Assembly (NCBI GenBank): GCA_010909165.1
Contig: MU008153.1
Location: 248,001-312,000, forward strand
DNA length: 64,000 nucleotides
DNA from: Anthoceros angustus
Lineage: Eukaryota > Plantae > Anthocerotophyta
Direction: 5' to 3'
Position 1 is the stretch's first letter. Each line of letters opens with the position of its first letter. This document shows, in pieces, positions 22,774-33,379 of this stretch. The translations under genes were made by a program, and so were the position numbers. Under the pieces are notes generated by a model. The model was given only the letters and a program-made list of their open reading frames with translations, did not search any database and had not been told where the DNA came from.

Positions 22774-24563
22774 ATGGCAGCCCTCGCGTCTCCAGCTTCT
22801 GTGGCGGGCTCGCTGCACAGTTCCTTCCACCCTGCAGGTACCGAATCCAAACGAGGCCACAGGCGAGGAGGGTTGCCACTGCGATGTGCCCATCAGGCGC
22901 AACGCAATTCCTCCGCAGCAAGACTGAGAGCCAGTTCGGGAGCTGCTGTAGCGGAGACAGTTGTGCTTGACTCCCAGCCTGTACGCTTCCAATTCCTTGC
23001 CCTCCACAAGAAAAATTGCAGGAGAATTCCTTCCCTCCGGCAGAGCTGCAGTTTGATGTCCACATTCTCACGAGATGTCGTGACTTTGATCCATCAGAGC
23101 TTACCAAGCGTGGAGAAGGAAAAAGATGCCGAGGAGGAGCTGCTTGCCTGCCCAATTTGCTTCCAGCCTCTCATTCGGAAAGGGCCTTCTGGGAACAAGC
23201 AGTGAGCATGGTTTGGGCTCCGATTCCGTCCATTTTGTGAAGGCAAGTTGGAGGACATGGCATTAATGATGATGCCTTTTCTGCAGGAAAGCTCTGGTAA
23301 GATCAGGGTTTCAGTGTGCACGATGTAGGAAAGCATATTCAACAAGGGACGTTTTCTTGGACCTCACGGTTGTGAATGGAGCCAGGGAGTACGAGGAGAC
23401 CTTCTGGCAAGGAACTGAATTATTCAGGTTGTTTTCTAATCGTTTGTCTGAAAGAATGGTTTTGTTTGTGGGCAGTTTTTATGTTATGTCTGAGATTCTG
23501 TTGAGTGATTTGCAGGAGCCCCGTGGTGTCTTATGTCTATGAAAGAGGGTGGAGACAGAATTTTCAAACATCAGGTTTCCCGGGGCCTGATGAGGAGGTA
23601 TGTAATGGAGATGATACGCTCCAATGAACGGTTGCAATTGCTAGCCCCTGCTGAGGACTTTATTGCACGTGTTGCAGTTCAAGATGGCTCAGGAGTACCT
23701 CAAGCCAACACTTGGGGGAGTTCTCGTGGATGTCAGTTGTGGGAGTGGTCTCTTCACTCGCAGGTTTGCTCAAAGTGGGCTGTACAAAACTGTGATAGCC
23801 CTGGACTACTCAGAGAACATGCTGCGCCAAACCTCTGAATTCATCAAGCAAGACAGCTCACTTGCTGATGCGTAAGTCTTGTTGAGCCCTGTTTCGATGC
23901 TGTTAGCAACATTGTTAGTGAGCTTGATTGCTGAAACTGGTCCCTCTCTGTGCAGAGACATTGTCTTGGTACGTGCGGATGTGGGGCGGCTTCCTTTTGC
24001 AACTGGTAGCGTTGATGCAATCCATGCAGGTGCTGCGATACACTGTTGGCCGTCACCCTCCACTGCCGTACGTGCATACCGTCTCCCACATTTTCCAGCA
24101 GATATTCCATGTCATTGTTTTCAATAGCAGGAAGTAGCACACGGAGGTTGATGGAGAAACTACTATGGTGGCTTCTCTCCAGCTCATGGGTTTCGGTTTC
24201 TAACCAACTGCACCACGTCCTTCCAGGTAGCTGAGATTAGCAGGGTTCTGCGTCCGGGTGGTGTATTCGTGGCTTCAACCTTCACATTCCCACCAGCTTT
24301 GATCAAACCTGTCCGCCAAGCAATCTCAGGGGTAACCTTCTCAGCATGTGCATTCAGGAGTTGCCCCACACCCACCAAACCCCTGTTTGTTTCATCCAAG
24401 TCTTTGCTTGCAGGTCTTCAGACAGGTCGGCTTGAGTTCCTCCATGCGCCACTGGGTGAAATCGGAACTTGCTGATCTATGCAGGCTTTGTGGGTTACAA
24501 GAATACAGAGAAAATACCAGGGAGAGGTTCATCATGTTCACTGCTCGCAAAGCACAGGAGTAG
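22774..24563 (+). CDS. Class I SAM-dependent methyltransferase (Methyltransf_11), At2g41040-like, probably plastid; multi-exon
   Basis: LLACPICFQPL...FQCARC zinc ribbon, GTELFR|SPVVSYVYERGWRQNF, motif I LVDVSCGSGLFTR, ALDYSENML, VRADVGRLPFATGSVDAIHAGAAIHCWPSP and RVLRPGGVFV; stop at 24563. Confidence 0.93.
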
Positions 24564-24684
24564 ATAAGCTTCGTGGTGCCATCGTCATCTTCGCAGGTTT
24601 TGCAACCCGCCCGTTCGAAAGATGGCATCAAGCTATGGCAAGACCGTCACTGAGGACCCGTTCACCAATTTAGGCCGCTTCCCA

Positions 24685-24750
24685 TGCACCTAAAACGGCA
24701 GATCCAAATGCAGTATCCTACACACGTCCAAGGAGCCGAGTGACCGATAT
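24685..24750 (-). pseudogene. Degenerate duplicate of the glycosylase 3' end
   Basis: tgcacctaaaacggcagatcc...ggagccgagtgaccgata aligns with 25950-26014. Confidence 0.7.
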
Positions 24751-25589
24751 ACATTCCCTACAGAACTTCCTGCTAGCCACTCTTGCGGGTCACATTGCCG
24801 CCGGGGCTATACATTCATCCTGGCATACAGTACATGGGCAATCTTGGGCACGTTTCGCTTCCTGCATTCCAAGTTTTAGCGTGACGTAGTTATTTCCTGT
24901 GCAACCCCGTTCCTTCAAAGAGCCATAGTATTTCTCTTTCGCTCAATTTTAAGCTGGGTGTTTGACTAAGAGGGGATGTGATCATCCGAATAAGATCCTT
25001 GTACCTTGGAGTAAAGGTTTCCAAGTTTTCCAAATGTACTGCACTACTTCTCTTTTCCTTCCTGGTCATGACAAAAGCCAGCATATGCCTTCGGAACAAC
25101 AGGTAATTGTATCTAAGGATCCCAGTTCAGCTAAGATGCAACTGCTTGAGGCTGCATAACAGCAGCATAGCCAAACATGAGCAGTCCGACTCGAGATAGG
25201 ATGTACTCACTAGGACATGCTAACTGCAGGGGATATTACCTCTTGATAGCAGATCGTTTTGTAATCTCTCCCCTACTGGCCATGCTGTTATCCTCTAAAT
25301 CAATAACATGGAGAGGTTCAAAGCCTTCCACGGGGTGCTCAGAGTCATAAAGAGCGACCACCTCCATCATTCTTTCTTACAGATTACTATGAATGGTTAG
25401 ACAACATAGTTGTATAGCTCAAAACAAGTAGGAAGATGGAAGCACGTGAGATCATAGAATTGATTGTGACTCACTTTAAGCACCTTCATAGCCTTACGAG
25501 GTTCCCAGCTAGATGACTGAGGTACTGAAACTATGATCAACTCCACCTGCAGTGCAGCAGCGGACCAGGTATTCCCCACTTGTCTTCGT

Positions 25590-25870
25590 GGGTCAAGCCT
25601 GTCCGCCAAGCAATCACAGAGGTAACTTTCTCAGCATGTGGATTCAGGAGATTCCCACACCTACCGTGTTCGTTTCATCCAATTCCTTGCTTGCAGGCCT
25701 TCAGACAGGCCCACTAGACCTCCATTCGCTGCTGGGAGGAGAACAAACTTGCTGATCTATCCATATGCTGCGTGATGCCATTGTCATCTTCTTACGATGT
25801 GCAAACAGGGGTCCATCAAGCTGTGGCAAGACCGTCAGTAAGAACCTGTACAGATTTAGGCTGGCTTTCA
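25590..25870 (+). pseudogene. Degenerate duplicate of the methyltransferase last intron, last exon and 3' flank
   Basis: Aligns with about 24300-24675 (cctgtccgccaagcaatc, ttgcttgcagg, acttgctgatctat, catcaagct.tggcaagaccgtca), with deletions. Confidence 0.8.
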
Positions 25871-25945
25871 TGAGAGCTTTGAGCTTATTCAATCTCTCCT
25901 CTGCTGCAAGAAGCATGCACTGTATATACTTCCCTCTTCTTCAAA

Positions 25946-27170
25946 CTACTGCACCTTAAACGGCAGATCCATATTCAGCACCCTCCACATATACCAGGAG
26001 CCCAGTGACCGATACGGCCTCCACTTCAATGCTAACTCCTCCATGTCAGATGGTGCAGGCAGTGCCTTCAACTGGAATAGCTTCTGAAACCCCTTTCTCA
26101 CCCCCAGGTCTCCGACTGGAAGGATGTCTGGCCTGTGAAGGGAAAAGATCATAAACATATGTACAGACCATACTCCAATTCCCCGAACTGCAGTCAAGGC
26201 AGCCATCAAAGCATCATCATCCATGTCCAAGATAGCAGCATGTGACAGAGCCCCAGAAGTGAAATGCTTTGCCAGATCATGAAGGTAGCTTGCTTTCCGC
26301 TCAGATATGCCAACCGCCCGAAGCTCTGCTGCCGAGAGCGTCGACAGAACTTCCGGAGTAATGCAGCCCTCTCCCTGCAACAACCGTGGAGAATCAGCAC
26401 CGATGGCACACCCGTTCAACACTCAAAACCAGATTGACAGACACCATTAGAAATCCCACCCCGCAAAGTGCTTCCACTCGACCATATATTGCAGTGGCAG
26501 CCTTGGTGGCAAGCTGCTGGAACACAATGCTGCGAGCCAAGGACACAAAGGCACTTCCACACTTCTGGAACTTGGGACCTTCGTGCATGTCGATGACACA
26601 TCTGAGTCTCTCATCAACATTCTTCAAATGCTCAAGAGCCAGACACAACGATTCTGGGTCCGACAGGCTGACAACAACACAGCTCAGTGACATGGCTGCC
26701 TCCTTGACAAGAGCTTGACTCTCAAGTATGGGCTCCAGGACGGCACTCTTCCCTTCCCCAGCCACCTCTTCTGAGGAATCCGTACCGAACCCGAAGTAGG
26801 CCAGTGGTGATGGAGCTCCTCCTGGAGCAGGGGATTCCATGGGAGATGAAGCTGGTCCCTTCCTCGACCGTTTTGAGGGCGTCTTCACGACTGAACGCTT
26901 GCTACCCATAGCAATCTCGGGTTCATCCTCTCTGCTGGGTGCCATACCGGGTCCATCAAATGACAATGACCGCTTGCTCCTGGTAGCATATCCGCTCCTG
27001 ACTGCATACACAGCACGGCCTGCCTCCTCCTGCAGCTTCACCGAGCTATCCTGGGCCATGTTGCTCTTGCCAATCAGGCCTTCCACTAGAGCTGCTTCCT
27101 CGGCAGTCGACCCTCTTGCCTTTTTCTTCTTGGCCGTGGGAGGAGTGTCACCAGTGCATTCCATCACCAT
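25946..27170 (-). CDS. DNA-3-methyladenine glycosylase (AlkA/MAG1-like, HhH-GPD superfamily); exons 27170-26460 and 26374-25946
   Basis: LARSIVFQQLATKAATAIYGR, GISERKASYLHDLA, HhH-GPD motif LTAVRGIGVWSVHMFMIFSLHRPDILPVGDLGVRKG, and KWRPYRSLGSWYMW. Basic NLS-like N-terminal extension; the exact start codon is uncertain. Confidence 0.93.
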
Positions 27171-27569
27171 GAAATTGCAGGTCAGCAGTGGGACAAACTT
27201 CCATTGTGCTCTGAGCTCGCACAATCTGAACGATGTCAAACTAGACCACCCACAAATGCCACAGTTGCTACAAGTTGAGAAGAGCGATGACTGGGACACA
27301 GGAAGGCGGGACACAGCAAACAAGAGCTTCGCCAGCTGTGGAAGGAGCAACGACACATACATACGACGCGAATTCTTGCTTCTTCAATGGTTTCGGACAC
27401 TGACCAAAAACATCGATGTGATGCGTCAAAATGCCAAAAGTTAAAATCCATATACCCTACCCCAAGCGGTGGTCGGCGGAAAGTCCGGGTCACCTGACTC
27501 CGGAAGTCGACGATTCTACTGTCGATCCTTTCTCCAAGCGCAAAATAAATTTTGATTTCTTAAAAATTT

Positions 27570-30500
27570 AAATATTTTTCGGACCTAGATTACAGCGTAC
27601 CGCATACGTATGGCATACCAAAGGGGACAGAGGGGATGGGCCGTTTTTTTTTCGCGAAACCCATGCAAGGCGTAGGGATCTTGAGGAATATACCCTAGAT
27701 TCCAGTACGGTTTCTTTTTTCATAGCACATGGTCAGATGGCCGCTTTGGCGCCCTAACCAAGAGCGGCCAACCACCAAAGGAACACACACGCTTTCTCCT
27801 CGAAAAGGGTGTAGGGTTCAAAATGTTTTTGTGCTTGCAACTTTCAAAACAAAGAGCCGGGACACATTGTTTTCAGTCTTGCGCCCTACCTTCTGCCATA
27901 AAGTTTTCTTCCATGGTTTGCCATGGATGGCAAACCCTAACACGCCCGCTGCGCCGACCGCACCAATGTGGTTGCCGAACCCTACCTCAGCCGCGGCCAT
28001 GGTCTGCGAAGGCAATGACGGCTGCGGCCCCCGGCGCGGCCATGGTCTGCGAAGGCAATGACGGCTGCGGCCCCCGGCGCGGCCATGGTCTTCTTCATTC
28101 GACCAGGCTCTTGCTTCTTACTGTGGCGAGCAGGATCGTGCTTCTTAATGTTTCCAGCATCATAGGTTCCCCCACAAAATCACGATTCCATTGTCCATGG
28201 CTAAGAAGACGCGGACACAGCCGCGGGCGTGTGGAGGGTTCGAAATGTTGCTGGAACATAGAAGCCGCCTTCAGTTGCCTTAAGAAACCGGGTGCATGTG
28301 GCAGACTCTGTTCGTGGTGGGATTTGGGGAATCCTGTGCTGAAATTCGTTCTACCACTCCTCCGATCCCAGCGATTTACGGGAGTAGCAGAGATCCTTCT
28401 CCGTTGCATGTTTCCTCAAATGCATGAAGATGGATCAAAACGATCGAGGCAAAGGCCGATTCAAGAGATGTTCAGGCCAGTTTAGAGCTCGATGCCTCAC
28501 CAACAAAGTTTACGGTCCCTCCAACGAGCCGTTCACATCAAAAGGGTGCCATTCCATTGATCAAAAAAGGATGTCCACTGCACACATCGCAAAATTGCAC
28601 AGCTAGCATCAAACCTTATCTCCTACTGCGGCCTTCCTACGGCGCATGCTTCGGCCCCCTATGCAAAAACCAAAAACCGCTGTTGATGTAGCTCTCAGCA
28701 CAAGGGATGACGACGCCGCCTACTTCTCCTCGTCGTCCATGCCCTTCATCATCTGCGGAGAACCTTAATTGTGCCCTCAATGGCCTCGGCGGTGTTTCGC
28801 ATTCCGGCACATTGCTCTCTGTCCGTTCGGTAGCGTCCCGCCTCCAGCGAGCGTCCGGGCATTCGGCGTCGAAGGCACTCGCCTTGCGCCCTATACGCCA
28901 TAAAGTTTTCTTCCATGGTTTGCCATGGATGGCAAACCCACGCCGCTGCGACCGCACCAATGTGGTTGCGAACCCTACCTCGGCCGCGGCCATGGTGCGA
29001 AGGCAATGACTTGCGGCCCCGGCGGCCATGGTCTGCGAAGGCAATGCAATACTGCGGCCCGTGACCATGGTCTTCTTCATTCGACCGAGCTCTTGCTTCT
29101 TCATGGCGGCGGATCGTGCTTCTTAATGTTTCCGGCATCATAGGTTCCCCACAAAATCACGATTCCATTGTCCATGGCTAAGAAGCGGACCGCTGCAGGC
29201 GTGTGGAGGGTTCGAAATGTTCTTTGGAACATAAAGCGCCTTAAGAAACCGGGTGCATGTGGCGGACTACTGTTCGTGGTGGGATTTGGGGAATCTGTCT
29301 TTGAAGTCGTTCTACCACTCCTCCGATCCGATTCTGAGTAGTGATCCTTCTCGTTGCATGTTTCCTCAAATGCAGAAGATGACGATCAAAACGATCGAGC
29401 AAAGGCGATTCAAGAGATGTTCGAGCCATTTAGAGCTCGATGCCTCACCAACAAAGTTCACGGTCCCTCAGCGCGTTCACATCAAAAGGTGCCATTCCAT
29501 TGATCAAAAGGATGTCCACACGCCATCAAATTGCACGCTAGCATCAAACCTTATCTCCCTCTGCGGCCTTCCTCGGCATGCTTGACCCCTATGCAAAAAC
29601 CAAAAACCATTGATGTAGCTCTCGGCCTGAGGATAGCAGCGCGCCTACTTCTCCTCGTCGTCCATGCCCTTCATCATCTGCCGGAGAACCTTAATTGTGC
29701 CCTCAATGGCCTCGACGGTGTTTCGCATTCCGCGGCACATTGCTCTCCTGTCCCGTTCGGCCGCGTCCCCGCCTCCAACAGGCCGCGTCCGGGCATTCGG
29801 CGTCGAAGGCACTCGCCTTGGCCGCCGCGCGTCCACTTCGGACACCGTGTCCGACTCCTCGTAGTCGCGCTTCCTCCCCCTTGTGCTCGCCCTCCGCGGA
29901 GTTGGGGTCGGTACTCCTCTCCTTCTTCTTAGGCATGGCCTCGCTCCGCCACCGTACGTTGCTCCTCCCCCCTCCTCCTCCTCCTCCTCCTCCTCCTCCG
30001 GTGTGCAGGATCTGGCCTCCACCGTGAGCTCGCAGCCGCCTCCCGCTCCTCCCCTCCAGCCCCTCCGAGCCTCGCCTAATCTGCCTTCCGCTCAGCGTCG
30101 AGATGCCGCCACCGATGGAACTGTTATTCCTCCCATACACCTTCCTCAGCCGGATGGGCGCTCGGTCCACTCCCCGCGATCGCCACCAAGCGCGTTGGCT
30201 CGCCGTCGCTCCGGCCTGGCGTCGCCCCATCCATGCCTTCCGCATCCCGCCCTCGTTCCCGCCATCACTAGGCCCTCCGTCGGCCTCGGTCTTGGCGGCG
30301 ATCATCGCCCTCCGCCACTATGTCCAGGCCTTGGGCTCGGGCATGGCGGTGGCGCATAACCCACCATGCTGAGCTCGACCTCCGGCTCGGGCGCGGCCGC
30401 GTCACGCAGGCATCCGCCATCCTCTCCACCCCCCTCGGCCTCGTCGGCGGCGGCCATCGCCCCTCCGTCGGCGTCCTCCACCCCACCGGGGTTGGCTTCC

Positions 30501-32419
30501 TCCTCGAAGGAGGCCATCTCACCTTTCGATGTTTGCCTCCTCCGCCACCTCTGCCCACTTTGTCTTTGGGGAGGCAACCTCCTTCCCCCTCGCTGCGCCT
30601 CCGGAGGCCGTCGCCATGGGGGAGGGCAAGGTGCCCTCCTCCGCTGCGCGCCCCCCGTGCGTTGCGTCGCCATGGGGAGGGATGCTCCTCCTCCTCCGCT
30701 TGCTCCTGGCGATGCGTCATGGGGAGGCTGCCTCCCCTTCCTCCTCCGCTGCGCGCCCCCGCTGCTGGCGGCGATGCGCCGCCATGGGGAGGAGGCAAGG
30801 TGCCCTCCGACCTCCTCCTCCCGGTGCGACGCCCCCCTGCCCGTGGCAATGCCGGGGAGGAGGCGCACCAGCGGGAGGAGGAGGGCAAGATGCCCTCCTC
30901 CTCACTGCTGCAACTGCGCCGCCCCCCTTGCGCGATCTGCGTCGCCAGGGAGGAAGATGTGCCCTCAATGGGGGTAGCCAGGGAATGGAGGCGAGAGACA
31001 GAAATGAACATCTGTCATGGGGATTCCAGCAGCCTCCAATGGACAGACTGACGGCGTCACGGGATGGTGACGAGGAGGAAGAGAACAGGGAGGTGGCGGA
31101 AGAGGAGGGAGATGTGAACAAGCCGTGCGAACTTTGTACCGACACATACAGGCGAGTCGAGGTCGAGCATGGACACCTGCAGTGAGGCTCGAAAAGGTGG
31201 CCAAGTTATGGAGGAGGAGGCGGAAGAGGAAAAGAAGAGGAATGCCTGGCAAGGTGGATGGGGAAGGAAGAGTAACACGATCGGCATGGCAGCCCAAGGG
31301 ACGGTGACAAGCACGCAATTGGAGGCAGGAAGTGGGCGGAAACAAAACAAAGAGAAGGCCGCGAAGGTAAGCCTGGAAATTGCAAGTGCACTACTGGCCA
31401 GTTGTATATACTTACAGGCCAAGGGCCATGGGAATGGCATGTGGTCATCATTATTGCAATCCCAAGAAAGGTGGAATCACGGTCTCAAGACGCAGACGGA
31501 AAAAGGCAGCAGACCGGAGGAGGAAGGGGAAGGGCAAAATCGCTAGCCGTGTGGGAGGTGGACACTTTCCAGCTGCTGCATACGACGAGGAGTAGGCATG
31601 CTCTGAAACGAGAACGGGCGAGGCAACAGAAAATGCGCACCACAACCCCAAATTCACACCTCCCGCGCGAGGAGGGACCACGGTAGGTCACGGATGTGGA
31701 TGCCGGTTCATTCCTCCCGCGCGACGAGGGAGCACGGTCAATCGCGGATGTGGATGCGGCAAAGAACCGGCATCTTATCTGTAGGGTGCACGAAACAACT
31801 TCTTCTGTTGTTTTTCTGGACTATAAGGGTTTCCAATACAAGTACATTATACGGGGGACGCCTACAAGGGCACGAAATTCGAGTGACGTAAAAGGCACTG
31901 CTGCGAATAGGGTGGAAACAAATGCGCGTATAATATGCAGGCCGCAGCGTATTGCAAAACTGAGTGCACAAATACGGGCACCGAATGTACGTATACTTTA
32001 TTTGAAAAGGCCGCGTATATGTATTACAATAATGACATCAGAAAATACGTACTTACAAGCCAAGGCATAGTATATACGTATAGTCTGGTACACGCATTAC
32101 AATAATGGCAGGGGAAAAATACAGGAGTAAAAGCAACAATGGTAAACCTACATGGGGAGGAGGATCGGTACCAAGCCTGCAAAACTGTAACAAAAGACGA
32201 TGTAACTCTTTGGTTGTTGCAATTATGTTGAAATTTAGAGAGGGGCCAGATACCACCTCTCACTACACTGCAACAAAAGTGCAACAAGACTGTAACACGA
32301 TTGTAACACGATTGTAACAAGATGGAGTGTAACAAGACCCAAGATTTTAACATAATTGCAACAAGGGGGGGTTCAAATCTTAACAAAAAGTGTAACATAG
32401 GCTACCCTTTCTAGTAGGG
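27570..32419. mobile_element. Probable degenerate DNA transposon region (CACTA/En-Spm-like right end); left boundary approximate
   Basis: Ends in TTTCTAGTAGGG (reverse complement CCCTACTAGAAA, compare CACTACTAGAAA), with many tgtaaca/ttgcaac subterminal repeats at 32180-32400. No transposase motif or left TIR was recognised. Confidence 0.35.
27881..29820. repeat. About 1-kb tandem duplication (27881-28885 and 28886-29820) in TE-like sequence
   Basis: Both copies start gcgcccta...gccataaagttttcttccatgg and end ggcactcgcctt; the differences are mostly small indels. Confidence 0.9.
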
Positions 32420-32767
32420 CACTTTGTCAGCATCCAGTGCTTGTGCATCCACCCAGCATAAGGGAAAGGTAGTTGCAACTTGTAAACGATGAACATTGTG
32501 GATATTTCCAACTGTAGTACACTGCAAACTTTATTACTAGTGCAAATATGAACCTGAGGTTGACAAAAGTTTATAATACCTTCCCCACTAGAATGGGCAG
32601 CCTATGTGATAGTCATTGTTGCAATTTTATGGTACACTTCCAAATTGCAACATGCTTTGGAGGCTTGGTAATAAGTTTGAGACTTTCTTCCCCATGTGGT
32701 GCTACCATCTTAACGCGAACCCAGCTCTCTATCCTACCACCTCACCCTTATAATTAGAGCCCCTGTC

Positions 32768-33009
32768 TAACGAAATATGGAATTGGTGCAGATCAATTAC
32801 GTATTGAGTAAAAACATTGTATATTAAACATACATTTGAAAGAAAATCAACTAGACTTAATCTAGAAAATGAAAAGGCATGACCTTTAGTCTAAAAGGCG
32901 TAACCCTAGCGAAAGGGTGCGGCTAGACATTAAAAGTATACTGCATACACTATCTATATATGGACATAACGAAACCCTAAATAATGACTCAACACTTCGT
33001 CTTCCTTTA
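32768..33009 (-). repeat. 3' LTR of copia element 2
   Basis: Near-identical to 39922-40168. Confidence 0.93.
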
Positions 33010-33139
33010 CTCCCACTTGTTGATCATTACGCGGAGTCAATGACTCCACGAGGTTCCGTGTCTTGAGCCTTGAGCTCACCCTTGGGATTTTACGCTCCAG
33101 CAGTGTGTCTGGGATCCGTAGGCTGGACATAACGTCGCG

Positions 33140-33379
33140 ATGGAGCTGCCAGACGTAAAGACGGCCCTGTTAAGGTCCGCTGTTTGCATATTAGTCTGCT
33201 GTTACGTTCTAGCTCTCATTCTTTTAAGACTGCTGGAGCGTAGGCTCACTGCTCTCGGCAAGATGTTTTCTTCATCAGATATTGAACTTGCTTCACGCCC
33301 AAAGCGTGTTTACCAGAGAGATTCCCTGGGAAGGTTCGCTGCTAGAACGCCGCCTTTATGTGTGAATCAAGGTGCTTGA
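33140..33379 (+). CDS. Antisense 79-aa ORF in the copia 3' region (one TM helix, basic tail with RDSLGRFA)
   Basis: True ATG, hydrophobic AVCILVCCYVLALILLRLL, located between the end of pol and the PPT. Confidence 0.35.
   Translation: MELPDVKTALLRSAVCILVCCYVLALILLRLLERRLTALGKMFSSSDIELASRPKRVYQRDSLGRFAARTPPLCVNQGA

Noticed and set aside
20154-27170. Biosynthetic gene cluster (IGPS-like plus methyltransferase, with the laccase further away)
   Set aside because: The neighbours are conserved housekeeping-type genes and there is no evidence of a shared pathway; proximity is expected in a compact genome.
29645-31690. Many overlapping 120-250-aa ORFs
   Set aside because: GC-rich low-complexity TE-like sequence that is open in most frames, with no recognisable motif.
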